A stretch of DNA of 64,000 bases, taken from the NCBI GenBank assembly GCA_964430625.1, contig CAYSFR010000003.1, forward strand, positions 329,266 to 393,265, read 5' to 3'. This DNA is from an uncultured Solibacteraceae bacterium. GTDB taxonomy: Bacteria; Acidobacteriota; Terriglobia; Bryobacterales; Bryobacteraceae. Under the pieces are notes generated by a model. The model was given only the letters and a program-made list of their open reading frames with translations, was not told the origin of the DNA and did not search any database. This document shows positions 42,377 to 52,621 of the stretch, piece after piece; the stretch's first letter is position 1, and the number at the start of each line of letters is the position of its first letter. Both the position numbers and the translations under genes were made by a program.

Positions 42377-44506
42377 CTAGCGGAACCGGGAGACGAGGAT
42401 CAGGTCGGCTTGGACCTGCTCATTCTGCGTGAAGATCAACGTCCGAAAGTCCGGAGAGAGAGAAATGGCGTTGTGAACAGGTTTCGAGATGGTGAGGATC
42501 GGCCGGCTTTCGCTTTCGCCTTCGGGGAGGAAGTTCAGGGTGGTGGTGCCAGCGGCGGAGGGGGCGCTCAAGTAATAAACTCCATTCGGCGCGACGGCGA
42601 TTGCAGATCGTCCGAGAGCGCCACTGGTGATCGTCACTTCCGGCCCACCGGCGCGAGGCATGCGGCGGATTTCGGCGCTACCTTCGGGGCTGGTCAGGTA
42701 GAGCCAACGTCCGTCGACCGATTCGAGCGCGAAGGCTGCGCCGCGGCGAGTGATGCGGACGGCTTCAGCCTGGCCAGCAAATGCCTGACGGTAGATCTGC
42801 TGGACGCCGGTTTCGGGATCGACCCGGCTGAAATAGATGGAAGTGCCATCGCGGGACCAACTGGGCCGGGACTCCGGCCAAGGGGTGTTGGTGATACGGC
42901 GCAGTTGGCGGGTCAGGGGAGACAAGGCATGGATATCGACGGCGCCGGTGGAGCGGGATTCGAACAGGATCCACTGGCCGTCATAGGACCAACGTGGCAC
43001 GCTGGCCCCAGAGTCACCGAGGAAGGTGAGTTGCCTGGGCGAACCGCCGGCAGAGGGGAAGACCCATAGTTGAGGAGAGCCGCCGCGGACCGAACTCATG
43101 ACCACCTGTTTGCCGTCGCCGGAGAAGTCGGGGGAGTAATCCCTACTGGTGGAGGCGACGAGCGTTAGGGAGGGATACGGGGCCGTTAAGTCGACGCGTT
43201 GGATGGCGGTGGGAGCCAGCAGTTGGCGGGAAAAAGCGAGGGCGCCGGATCGAGAAATGGCGGGGGAGTGGCCATCGAGGCGGACGGCGGCCAGTTCCTG
43301 GACGGCGCCGCCTGAGGCCATCACCCGGTGAATGGACGCCGGGCCGCCGCCGGGAGGGGAGCTAGCGAAGACGAGTTCGGCTCCGTCGGGTGTCCAAGCC
43401 ATCGAATCCACGCGGGCATTGTGTTGTGTGACCTGGGTGGGCGCGGCGGCGGTAAGTCTGGAGGAATCAAAAGGTGCCACGAAAACATCGCGCCAGTCTC
43501 GTGCGGTATCACGGGTAAAGGCAAGGGATGTGCCGTCCGGGGAGATGGCGGGGTTCAGATCGCCTGTCTGTCCGGGACTGGGGATGGTGATTCTACGCCG
43601 TTCTCCGGAAACCACGTCGATGGCAAAAATGCTGGAGGCGATGCCCCCAATCCGATCGGGCGCGAGGATCCAGCGCGAGTCCGGGGTCCAGGTAAGGCGA
43701 ACGGAGTTGGACGGCAATCCGATTCCCGTCAAACGGCGAGGGTTTCCGCCGTCGGGAGCGATGAGCCAGAGATCGCTCGACTCTGAGGTGGCGTCCCTGA
43801 TGAACGCGATGTTGGCGCCGTCGGGAGACCAGGCGGGGTGGCTTTCCCGCTCGAGGGACTGCGTCAATCGCGTTGCTTCCCGGGAGTCGACGTCCAGGAC
43901 ATAGATGTCGAGGTTGGCGACGGTAGCGGAGCCATCCCATTGAAAGGCGATTCGCGACCCATCGGGTGAGAACGAGGGACTACTTTCGGCACCAGGATAA
44001 GTTGTCAGCGGTGCGGCGATGATGGGGACCGGTTGCCTCCATTGGCGGGACACGATCCAGGCTGTTAGCGAGCCAGCCGTCAAAAGCACAGCTGCGGCGG
44101 CAAGCCAGCCCGCCCGGAAGCGCCTTGGGGCCGGAGGGGGAAGTACGGCTGGATGGGGTGGGGAGACGGCGGACGCGGGAGTGTCCAACCGCTCTGCCGG
44201 GCAAACGAAGCGATAGCCGACTTTGGGCAAGGTCTCGATGAAGCGAGGCGAGGAAGAGGAGTCGCCGAGGACCTCGCGGACCTTATTGACCACTTTGTTG
44301 AGCCGCTGGTCGTGGTCGCCAAACGGTTCGTCCGGCCATACGCTTTGTTGAAGCACCTCTCTGGTGACAACCCTGCCTTGGCTGGCCAACAGCAGTTCTA
44401 AAACGAGGAGGGGTTGGGTGGAGCACTTCAACCGGATGCCGCTCTTGCGCAATTCGCGCGACTCGACATCGAGTTCAAAAGTGGCGAACCGAAAACCGGA
44501 AGGCAT
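42377..44506 (-). CDS. CadC/OmpR-type winged-helix DNA-binding domain - TM - TolB-like (PD40/WD40) beta-propeller one-component regulator
   Basis: 709 aa. N-terminus: FATFELDVESRELRKSGIRLKCSTQPLLVLELLL...LPKVGYRF. TM helix AGWLAAAAVLLTAGSLTAWIV. Repeated PD40-like units (SPSFSPDGSRIAF, HPAWSPDGANIAF, NPAISPDGTSLAF...). Confidence 0.8.
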   Translation of the reverse strand: MPSGFRFATFELDVESRELRKSGIRLKCSTQPLLVLELLLASQGRVVTREVLQQSVWPDEPFGDHDQRLNKVVNKVREVLGDSSSSPRFIETLPKVGYRFVCPAERLDTPASAVSPPHPAVLPPPAPRRFRAGWLAAAAVLLTAGSLTAWIVSRQWRQPVPIIAAPLTTYPGAESSPSFSPDGSRIAFQWDGSATVANLDIYVLDVDSREATRLTQSLERESHPAWSPDGANIAFIRDATSESSDLWLIAPDGGNPRRLTGIGLPSNSVRLTWTPDSRWILAPDRIGGIASSIFAIDVVSGERRRITIPSPGQTGDLNPAISPDGTSLAFTRDTARDWRDVFVAPFDSSRLTAAAPTQVTQHNARVDSMAWTPDGAELVFASSPPGGGPASIHRVMASGGAVQELAAVRLDGHSPAISRSGALAFSRQLLAPTAIQRVDLTAPYPSLTLVASTSRDYSPDFSGDGKQVVMSSVRGGSPQLWVFPSAGGSPRQLTFLGDSGASVPRWSYDGQWILFESRSTGAVDIHALSPLTRQLRRITNTPWPESRPSWSRDGTSIYFSRVDPETGVQQIYRQAFAGQAEAVRITRRGAAFALESVDGRWLYLTSPEGSAEIRRMPRAGGPEVTITSGALGRSAIAVAPNGVYYLSAPSAAGTTTLNFLPEGESESRPILTISKPVHNAISLSPDFRTLIFTQNEQVQADLILVSRFR

Positions 44507-44566
44507 GGAAAGCTTCAGCCAGTGTAATCAATTGGAAACCCGATTGTGCCGGGGTTCGGCGAGTGG

Positions 44567-45454
44567 CTACACATGCCACATTCGGCCGGCTTCGCGCCAG
44601 GAATCCCAGGCGACCTTTTGGAGATATCTTCCTGTAGCCGGGGCAAGGCGGAATGGCTGAGCCATCGAGGAACGCCGTTTCAGGAACCGGGGTAAAGCGT
44701 CGTAGTAAGGGACGCCGGCAGTTCCGCGCTCGGTGACTTTGCGTTCAGCCAGTTGCTTGGCGGCATCGTCCAGGGGCAGCCAGACCGGGAAGTCGAGGGG
44801 CAAGACGCTGGGATTGGTGCCGGAAAAGGCAGTGAAAAGGCAGCAGAGATTCAGGTAGTGGCCGAGGGGCCCGGGATGGGAGCGATCGGGGGGGATCTGG
44901 AGATCGACGTCAGGGCGTTGCTCGCGGACCCGGGCCCAAGCGGTGGAGCAGGGGGCATAGGTGCGCACGTTCCATTTCCGGGCAACCTGGCGAATCCGTT
45001 CGCGGCCGGGACCATCGTTGGCCCTCCATCCCATCTCGTAGATCACTGGTTGCCCGCCTGCCTTCCGGATAGCCTCGCAGTAGGTGCCGAGGGCGGAGGC
45101 GTGCTCCTGGCCATCCGGACCGGAAATGAACTCCGCGACGGCCTGCAGGACGACGAAGTCATTCCGCTCGGCAGCAATCTTTTCGAGGAACGTCTGCCCT
45201 TCCTGGAAGCCGTATTCTGGCTTAAAGGAACCTGGTTTGAGGTAGACGTGGATGCCCGAACCGCTTCGGCCGACGATTGCGGATTCGTAGAGACGCCGCT
45301 TGGGGCCGAACTTGTTCAGCCATCCAGCCACCTGCATCGGCATGTCGTGGTAGTACATGCTGCTTGAACCGGTCCAGAGCACACGGGCGGGTTGTGGGAG
45401 GGACTGGGCAAAGAGGGCGCTGAGGCCCGTTCCAAGGATTGTTCTGCGGAACAT
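44567..45454 (-). CDS. Secreted hypothetical protein (possible SGNH/flavodoxin-like hydrolase fold)
   Basis: Signal MFRRTILGTGLSALFAQS. VLWTGSSSMYYHD and FVVLQAVAEFISG suggest SGNH-like blocks, but the assignment is weak. Alternative starts at 45472 and 45553. Confidence 0.5.
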   Translation of the reverse strand: MFRRTILGTGLSALFAQSLPQPARVLWTGSSSMYYHDMPMQVAGWLNKFGPKRRLYESAIVGRSGSGIHVYLKPGSFKPEYGFQEGQTFLEKIAAERNDFVVLQAVAEFISGPDGQEHASALGTYCEAIRKAGGQPVIYEMGWRANDGPGRERIRQVARKWNVRTYAPCSTAWARVREQRPDVDLQIPPDRSHPGPLGHYLNLCCLFTAFSGTNPSVLPLDFPVWLPLDDAAKQLAERKVTERGTAGVPYYDALPRFLKRRSSMAQPFRLAPATGRYLQKVAWDSWREAGRMWHV

Positions 45455-45610
45455 ACCCCCCGATTGAAACATGTCCGGGGTGGAATGCCCAACTCCTGCG
45501 CTGGGAATACCGGACTTTATGTTCCTTGTTTTCAGATAGTTGTACGGGGACATAACGGAGATGTGAAAGGAAGCGGGAGAATTCTCCGGCTCTCCCTACA
45601 ATCAGCCGGT

Positions 45611-47047
45611 ATGATGCGATCCGCGCAACGACTCAGCAGGCGAGGGATGCTGTGCCAGCTTGGGGTAGCAGGCCTTGCCGGCGCCTCGAAACCACCACTG
45701 GTCGGGATTCAGATAGCACCCTTCAGTTTTTTTGACGAGGGGATCGAGCGCGCGCTGGACCTTATCCAGGAGACGTCGAAGGCGAACGCGGTATTCGTTT
45801 ACACCCACACGTACTATGCGGCCGATGGGTTAAGGCGCCGCCGCCATGTCAGCATACTGGCGCCGGATCACGGCGTGGCACCACGGGATCCAGCCAAACG
45901 GAACCTGCCATTGGCCTGGGTCCGGCATCGGGAGGATTCGTTCCGGGGCACCGGGGTCCGGCATATGGCCGTTGATACCAGCAGGGAGTACGGGGGACGG
46001 GACCTTTTCCGGGATCTGGTGGAGCCGTGCCGAAAGCGAGGGATTCAAATTTACGGGCGGGTGTTGGAAGGGTCGGCACCGGAACTGGCGTCCGTGATAC
46101 CGGGATTTGCCCGGGTCCTGGGAAAAGACATTGACGGGAATGCGGCTCCGGCCTGCTGGTTCCATCCGGAGTATCAAGCCTGGTGGTCGGCGACGGTGGA
46201 GGACATTTTTCGCCACTATGAGCTGGACGGGTTTCAGTGGGGAGCGGAACGGATCGGGCCACTTTCCCACCTGCTCAGCAGCGGGGGGGCGCCGTACTGC
46301 TTCTGTGAACACTGCGTACGGCGGGGCCGGGATCGCGGAATCGACGTAGAGCGGGCCCGGTTGGGTTTCCGGGAGTTGCACCGGCTGATCGGTGCCCTGG
46401 CGGACGCGGACGGGCCGGAGAGCGCCTTAATGCGATTCTTCCGGGTCCTTTACCGTTACCCGGAGGTTCTGGCGTGGGACATGCAGTACCGGCTCGGGCA
46501 AGAAGAGATGTTCCAGCGAGTGCGTAACACGATTCGTTCGGTACGCCCTGGCACTCCGGTAGGCCGCCACATCGATCACCAGCAGACGACGTACGACCTA
46601 TTTCATCAGGCCCAGGCCGGCTATGGCGAGATGGCCGAGTATGCGGACTTTATCAAACCCATCCTTTATCACGATGTGATGCCACCGCGAGTGCAGGGCC
46701 GAATTGAGGCGTTGCGGAAGAACATCTGGAAGGAGTTCTCGCAAGCGCAAGGCACTGCGTTTCTGGAGCGCTACCGCGGGCATGATGCGGGAAAGATGCG
46801 GGGGGCTGACTACGTGGCCACGGAGATCCGGCGAGCAGTGGCGGCCATCGGCGGGAAAGCGCCGCTGATCGCGGGGATCGGCATTGACATTCCCCACGAT
46901 AACCGTCCACTGGCAGCGAACCCGGACGAGGTGACCGAAGTGGTCCGGCGGGCTTTTGCGGCCGGGGCCGCCGGCATCCTCATCTCGCGTGAGTACGACG
47001 AGATGAGAGTCGCGAATCTGCGAGCCATCGGGCGCGCCTTGAATTGA
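45611..47047 (+). CDS. Hypothetical protein with a Tat-like N-terminus, family not recognised
   Basis: MMRSAQRLSRRGMLCQLGVAGLAGA. 478 aa. It contains a CFCEHC cysteine cluster. It is divergent from 44567..45454. Confidence 0.55.
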   Translation: MMRSAQRLSRRGMLCQLGVAGLAGASKPPLVGIQIAPFSFFDEGIERALDLIQETSKANAVFVYTHTYYAADGLRRRRHVSILAPDHGVAPRDPAKRNLPLAWVRHREDSFRGTGVRHMAVDTSREYGGRDLFRDLVEPCRKRGIQIYGRVLEGSAPELASVIPGFARVLGKDIDGNAAPACWFHPEYQAWWSATVEDIFRHYELDGFQWGAERIGPLSHLLSSGGAPYCFCEHCVRRGRDRGIDVERARLGFRELHRLIGALADADGPESALMRFFRVLYRYPEVLAWDMQYRLGQEEMFQRVRNTIRSVRPGTPVGRHIDHQQTTYDLFHQAQAGYGEMAEYADFIKPILYHDVMPPRVQGRIEALRKNIWKEFSQAQGTAFLERYRGHDAGKMRGADYVATEIRRAVAAIGGKAPLIAGIGIDIPHDNRPLAANPDEVTEVVRRAFAAGAAGILISREYDEMRVANLRAIGRALN

Positions 47048-47060
47048 GGAGAAACAGGCA

Positions 47061-50000
47061 ATGCGATTATCCATGTTGATCTTGCTCGGCGGTCTTGCCG
47101 CCTTCGCCCAGGAATACCGGTCCACCCTCAGCGGGCGGGCCACGGATCCGCAGGAGGCGGTTGTCCCCCAGGTAAAAATCGAAGCGGTGCGACTGGAGAC
47201 GGGGACCCGGGCAACGACGATGACCGACGCCACGGGCCAGTATGTGCTGCCGTTTCTCCAGCCCGGAGCGTACCGGATCACCGCGACGGTGGCCGGATTC
47301 AAGCGCTTTGTCCGGGAGAACTTTCCCGTCTCCTCGAACGAACGGCTGACGCTCGACATCCTCCTCGAAGTGGGCCAACAGGCCGAGAGCGTGACCGTTG
47401 AGGCAAGCGCGCCGCTGTTGACGACGGCGACGGCCTCCGTCGGCCAGGTGCTTGGCGCCAAGCAGGTTTCGGCGATGCCAGTGAATGGACGAACGCCATT
47501 GGTATTGGCGCAGCTGGCATTCGGGGTTGTGCCTCTGCGGATTGCTCAAATGAACCGCCCCTTTGACGCGCAGGGACCGTCGGAATTTACGATGGGCGGC
47601 GGGTCGCTCCAGCAGGACGGAAAATATGGGAACGAATTCCTGCTCGATGGCGTGCCCAACATGACGGGAAATAATCGTACGGCCTACAATCCGCCGCTGG
47701 ACTCGGTTGAGGAAGTAAAAGTAGAAGCGTTTAATGTGGACGCCGCGTACGGGCACACTGCCGGAGGCACGGTAAACGTGGTGACCAAGGGCGGGACGAA
47801 CACTTTGCATGGAACGGTCTACCTGTTCAATCAGGCATCCCGGCTGAACGCCGCGGACTTCTTCCTGAAGGCATCGGGTGGATCACTGGCGGTGAGCCGC
47901 TACAACCAGTACGGATTCAACGTCTCGGGACCTGTGATGATCCCGAAGGTCCTGGATGGGCGCAATCGGGTCTTCTTCCATTTCTCGCAGGAGCGGATCC
48001 GGGACTTGTTCGTTGGTCCTGGCTTCTCCACGATCCCGACCGCGGCGCAGAAGGGCGGCGACTTCTCGTCCCTTCTCCGTGTTGGTGCCCAGTACCAGGT
48101 CTACGATCCGGCGACCGGCACCAGCGAGGGTGCGCGGGTCCGGCGGGCGCCCTTTCCCGGCAACGTGATACCGCCGAGCCGGATTAATGGGGTGGCGCGC
48201 AATCTGATGCAATACTATCCGGAACCGAATGTGGCGGGCCAAGCGGACGGGCAGAACAACTTTATCGCCGGCGTCTTCGGCGCCACGCGCGATACGTTCG
48301 ACTCCTATCTGGGCCGGCTGGACGTGAATCTCAGTTCCACGCACAAGTTGACGGTGAATGCGCGGCAAAGCGTGTGGTTCGGATATCGAGGGAATCCGAT
48401 TGGCCGCGCCGACGACGATGTCACGGCGAATCGAGCGACCAACCGGATCAATTGGGGATCAACGATTGACGACGTGCTGACGCTGAGCCCGACGCTGGTG
48501 CTCAATACGCGATTCAACTTCACGCGCTTTGAAGAACCCCGGCCGAATCTGAGCGCTGGTTTTGATACGACGGCGCTGGGCTTTCCCCGGGCGCTGGCCG
48601 CGGCGTCGCCCGCGCCGATCCTGCCCAGGATTCAGTTCAGCCGGTTTACAGGATTTGGGGACACCGGCAACGAGGTGAAGCCCTGGGACAACTTTCAGAT
48701 CTTCTCCACGCTGAACAAAGTGACAGGCAAGCACACGCTAAAGGCGGGGGCAGACCTACGTTTTGGGCGGGAGAGCGGCATTGTCTACGGCTTTTCGAAC
48801 GGTTCCTACAACTTCGGCACGGAATGGACGCGCGGGCCTCTGGACAGTGCTGCCGCTTCGCCGCTCGGGCAGGACTTCGCCGCGTTTTTATTAGGTCTTC
48901 CCACGGCCGGCTCATTTGACATCAACACGAACCGGACCGCCCAACAGGGTTATTACTCGCTGTTTGTCCACGACGACTATCGTGTGCGGCCGAATGTGAC
49001 CTTGAACCTGGGTCTCCGCTACGAACGAGACCTGCCGACCATCGAGCGTTTTGACCGGTCGGTGGCGGGCTTTGACTCGACGACGGCAAACCCGATCAGC
49101 GCGGCGGCCATCACGGCCTACGGCCGCAACCCGATTCCAGAGGTAGCCGCCGGGAGTTTCCGAACGCCGGGAGGCCTGCTGTTCGCCGGACAGCGAGGCG
49201 GAAAGGACCTCTATGAAACGCGAGGCTACTTCAGCCCCCGCGCGGGAGTCGCCTGGAACGTCACCCGGAAGACGGTGCTGCGGGGCGGGTTTGGTCTGTT
49301 CTACTTCCCGCTTGGCATTTCCGGAGTGATCCAAACCGGGTTCAGCCAGTCAACTCTTCTCGTGCCGACGCTGGACGGCTTCCTCTCGCCGGCCGCGACG
49401 CTCAACAATCCGTTTCCGAATGGGATACTGCAGCCAACCGGCGCCTCCCGCGGGCTGGGGACTTTCAATGGCAACGCGATCTCCTTTTACAATCCGAAGC
49501 CAGAGAACCCGTACTCGACGCGCTGGAACTTCAACGTACAACGGGAACTGCCGGGAAACGCCGTGCTTGAGCTGGGATACATGGGGAACCGCGGCTACGG
49601 CTTATTGGTGGATCGCGACATCAACTTTGTTCCGTCCCAGTTCATGAGCACTTCTCCTTCGCGCGATCAGCGGGCGATCGACTTTCTGTCGGCCCGGGTG
49701 TCGAATCCGTTCTCAGGATTGGTGCCCGGGACGTCGCTGGAAGGAACAACGATCCAGCGCCAGCAACTGCTTCGGCCCTTTCCCCAATTTGCCGGTGCGA
49801 CTCAGCGGGCGATGAATGACGGCGGTTCCTGGTACCACTCGCTGCAGGTTCGAGTGGAGAAACGGCTGTCCCACGGGTTATCGGTGCTGGGGAACTACAT
49901 GTTCTCCAAGCTCCTGGAACAACGTGTGTGGCTGAATCCGCAGGATGCCCGGCCGACGAAAATGATCGCCGACGAGGATCGTCCGCATCGTGTTGTGATC

Positions 50001-50498
50001 AGCGGCAGCTACGATCTGCCGTTCGGGAGAGGAAAGCGATTCGGTGGCGGAAGTAGAGCGTTGGTGGATCATCTGATCGGAGGATGGGCGCTGAACGGCA
50101 TTTACACATGGATGTCCGGCGCACCGCTGAATTGGGGGAATGTCATTTACTTTGGCGGCGAGTTGAACTTGCAGCCGCGGAATCTGTCGAACGCCTTCGA
50201 CACGACGCGGTTCAACAGGGTTGCCGCGCAACAGTTGGCGTCGAACATCCGGACCTTTTCGCCACGGTTCGGGGATTTGCGGGTGGATCCGCAACGCGGG
50301 TTGGATACCGGGCTGCACAAGAACACGAAGATCACCGAACGGGTGACGTTTCAGCTGCGTTGGGAGTGGTTCAACGCCACCAACTCGCCGGTTTTCGGCG
50401 GCCCAGGGACCAATCCCACGGCGACGAACTTCGGCATCATCCAAAGCCAGGCGAACCAGCCGCGGCGGACGCAGCTTGCCGGCCGGATCATCTGGTAA
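47061..50498 (+). CDS. TonB-dependent receptor with an N-terminal carboxypeptidase-regulatory-like domain
   Basis: 1145 aa. Signal MRLSMLILLGGLAAFAQ. CarboxypepD_reg pattern: TLSGRATDPQEAVVPQVKIEAVRLETGTRATTMTDATGQYVLPFLQPGAYRITA. The protein is beta-rich and ends ...LAGRIIW, an aromatic terminus typical of OM barrels. Confidence 0.85.
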   Translation: MRLSMLILLGGLAAFAQEYRSTLSGRATDPQEAVVPQVKIEAVRLETGTRATTMTDATGQYVLPFLQPGAYRITATVAGFKRFVRENFPVSSNERLTLDILLEVGQQAESVTVEASAPLLTTATASVGQVLGAKQVSAMPVNGRTPLVLAQLAFGVVPLRIAQMNRPFDAQGPSEFTMGGGSLQQDGKYGNEFLLDGVPNMTGNNRTAYNPPLDSVEEVKVEAFNVDAAYGHTAGGTVNVVTKGGTNTLHGTVYLFNQASRLNAADFFLKASGGSLAVSRYNQYGFNVSGPVMIPKVLDGRNRVFFHFSQERIRDLFVGPGFSTIPTAAQKGGDFSSLLRVGAQYQVYDPATGTSEGARVRRAPFPGNVIPPSRINGVARNLMQYYPEPNVAGQADGQNNFIAGVFGATRDTFDSYLGRLDVNLSSTHKLTVNARQSVWFGYRGNPIGRADDDVTANRATNRINWGSTIDDVLTLSPTLVLNTRFNFTRFEEPRPNLSAGFDTTALGFPRALAAASPAPILPRIQFSRFTGFGDTGNEVKPWDNFQIFSTLNKVTGKHTLKAGADLRFGRESGIVYGFSNGSYNFGTEWTRGPLDSAAASPLGQDFAAFLLGLPTAGSFDINTNRTAQQGYYSLFVHDDYRVRPNVTLNLGLRYERDLPTIERFDRSVAGFDSTTANPISAAAITAYGRNPIPEVAAGSFRTPGGLLFAGQRGGKDLYETRGYFSPRAGVAWNVTRKTVLRGGFGLFYFPLGISGVIQTGFSQSTLLVPTLDGFLSPAATLNNPFPNGILQPTGASRGLGTFNGNAISFYNPKPENPYSTRWNFNVQRELPGNAVLELGYMGNRGYGLLVDRDINFVPSQFMSTSPSRDQRAIDFLSARVSNPFSGLVPGTSLEGTTIQRQQLLRPFPQFAGATQRAMNDGGSWYHSLQVRVEKRLSHGLSVLGNYMFSKLLEQRVWLNPQDARPTKMIADEDRPHRVVISGSYDLPFGRGKRFGGGSRALVDHLIGGWALNGIYTWMSGAPLNWGNVIYFGGELNLQPRNLSNAFDTTRFNRVAAQQLASNIRTFSPRFGDLRVDPQRGLDTGLHKNTKITERVTFQLRWEWFNATNSPVFGGPGTNPTATNFGIIQSQANQPRRTQLAGRIIW

Positions 50499-50611
50499 CG
50501 GAATGCGTTTTCGTGGCCAGCCCCGCGGCGCAGGCGGCAGCTTGGGTGATACCATGGCGGGTCCGGATGAGAGTCTGCAGATTGTGTTTAGGGCTGAAGC
50601 TGAGTGATTCG

Positions 50612-52621
50612 ATGCGCATCCTATTCCTAGCCTTTTCAATGGCCGTTTCGATCGCCGGCGCACCCTATGAGAAGGTGCTGCCCATCGTACAGCGATCGTG
50701 TCTGGGGTGTCACACAGGAACGGGGGCGAAGGGAGGCGTGAACCTTGCCGGACCGTCGATTCCCCCGTCGGTCTGGCACAAGGCAGGCCAAGTCGTGGAG
50801 GCCGGACAGATGCCACCTCATGGAGCACCGCAGCCCGCGGCCAGTGAACGGGAAGCACTGGTTGCGTGGATCGGCGAGATGCTTGCTGACGATCGCCACC
50901 GGCAGCCTGGGCCCCGGTTGATGCGACGGTTGACACGGCTGGAGTACAACAACACGGTGCGCGATCTTCTGGAATTGGACCGGGATCTGTTCCAGTTTCC
51001 AGAACGGTTGCCGTACACCAAGACCTACTTCCATCCCGAGACCGGTTCGATGGGCCGGCAGTTGACCGTGGAAGGAATAGAGTATGGCCAGAAAATACCT
51101 GTGCTGCTGCGCTACGGCAGTTTGCTTGCTGATAATCGGGCCGAATACGGCTTCACCAACCGGGCCGACGCGCTGAACATTTCGCCGCTGTTGATGGAAA
51201 AGTACATGGCTGTGGCCAGCGAGATCGCCTTGTCGCCGGAGTTGGAACGACACAGCGGAACAGCGCGTGCGCTGTTGCAGCCAACGGGAGCCAGGACGCC
51301 CCGCGACGCGGCGCGGAAACGTATTACGGAGTTAGCCGGGCGGGCCTACCGGCGACCGCCGGCCGACAAGGAGATCGATGCGCTGCTGCGCCCGTTCGAC
51401 GCGGCAATGGCCCGCGGGCAGTCGTTTGCCCAGGCTTTGCGCAGTTCTCTTCGAACGCTACTGGCGTCACCGGGCCTGATCTATCTAAATGAGCCGCGAA
51501 TGGCTGGGGGCGGCAAGGAGCGGAAGCTCAATTCCTGGGAACTGGCGAGCCGTCTTTCCTATTTTCTGTGGGCCACCACACCAGACCGAGAGCTTCGGGC
51601 GTTGGCACAGGAAGACCTGCTCGGTGACGAGGCCGTGCTGGAGGCGCAAGTGCGGAGAATGTTGCGCGATCCCAAGATCCGGGAGCTTTCGGAGAGCTTT
51701 GCCTATCAGTGGTTGCAGTTGAATGAGTTGCTTGGTGCCCGGCCGGACTTGGAGGTATTTCCGCAGTTCTACAAGAATGACGCTTTCGGAACAAACAAGT
51801 TCAATCTGGGCACTGACATGCTGACCGAGGCGCTGCTGCTGATTGAGACGACGCTGGTGGAGGACCGGAGCGTACTTGACTTTCTGGATGCCCGCTACAC
51901 GTGGGTGAATCAGAACCTGATGAAGCACTACGGGCTGGAAAAGCAGTTCGAAAAGGAACTCAAGAACGGGGCCCGGCAATTCGGGTCGAGTTTGGGCGGC
52001 CGCTGGTTCCGGGCGCAACTGCCGGACCGGACCCGGGGCGGAGTTCTCGGGCTGGGCGCCACCCTCACCATGACCTCCACCCCGTTGCGAACCAGTCCTG
52101 TTTTCCGGGGTGCGTGGGCGTTGGAAGTACTTTTCAATCGCCCGCCACCGCCACCTCCCAATGTCGCCACGCCGCCGCTGGGCGGGGACAGTACCTCCGA
52201 CACGTCCGCAGCGCCGGTTCGCAAGCGAGTGGAAGAGCATCGCCGAAATCCGGCGTGCGCATCTTGCCACAACCGGATGGATCCGATCGGCTTCGCGCTG
52301 GAAAACTACGACGGGATCGGGGGGTGGCGAACGTCCGATGGGCCACATCCGGTGGACCCGTCGGGGACCTTGTCACACGGGCGGACGTTCACCGGCATTG
52401 CTACCTTCAAAGACGCGCTGCTGGAGCGGCGGGAGGATTTTGTCCGGGGTTTCGTTGAGCACATGATGAGCTACGCTTTGGGCCGCAAAATAGAGTATTA
52501 CGACGCTCCCGCGGTGAACCGCATTGTCACCGCGGCCCGCAAGGACGACTACCGTTTTTCGCGCATCGCAGTCGAGATCGCCCGCAGCTATCCTTTCTGT
52601 AACGTGAGGAACGAAGAATGA
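50612..52621 (+). CDS. DUF1592/DUF1588/DUF1585-family protein (Planctomycete-type cytochrome-like, PSCyt/PSD) with two CxxCH motifs
   Basis: The ATG at 50612 gives a signal peptide, MRILFLAFSMAVSIAGA. CLGCH lies near the N-terminus and CASCHNRMDPIGFALENYDGIGGWR near the C-terminus. The upstream part of the maximal ORF (50084-) overlaps the TonB receptor. Confidence 0.8.
   Translation: MRILFLAFSMAVSIAGAPYEKVLPIVQRSCLGCHTGTGAKGGVNLAGPSIPPSVWHKAGQVVEAGQMPPHGAPQPAASEREALVAWIGEMLADDRHRQPGPRLMRRLTRLEYNNTVRDLLELDRDLFQFPERLPYTKTYFHPETGSMGRQLTVEGIEYGQKIPVLLRYGSLLADNRAEYGFTNRADALNISPLLMEKYMAVASEIALSPELERHSGTARALLQPTGARTPRDAARKRITELAGRAYRRPPADKEIDALLRPFDAAMARGQSFAQALRSSLRTLLASPGLIYLNEPRMAGGGKERKLNSWELASRLSYFLWATTPDRELRALAQEDLLGDEAVLEAQVRRMLRDPKIRELSESFAYQWLQLNELLGARPDLEVFPQFYKNDAFGTNKFNLGTDMLTEALLLIETTLVEDRSVLDFLDARYTWVNQNLMKHYGLEKQFEKELKNGARQFGSSLGGRWFRAQLPDRTRGGVLGLGATLTMTSTPLRTSPVFRGAWALEVLFNRPPPPPPNVATPPLGGDSTSDTSAAPVRKRVEEHRRNPACASCHNRMDPIGFALENYDGIGGWRTSDGPHPVDPSGTLSHGRTFTGIATFKDALLERREDFVRGFVEHMMSYALGRKIEYYDAPAVNRIVTAARKDDYRFSRIAVEIARSYPFCNVRNEE

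Noticed and set aside
50084-50611. Upstream 176 codons of the maximal DUF1592 ORF, overlapping the 3' end of the TonB receptor gene
   Set aside because: The ATG at 50612 gives a proper signal peptide right before the CLGCH motif. The upstream part overlaps a well-supported gene in another frame.
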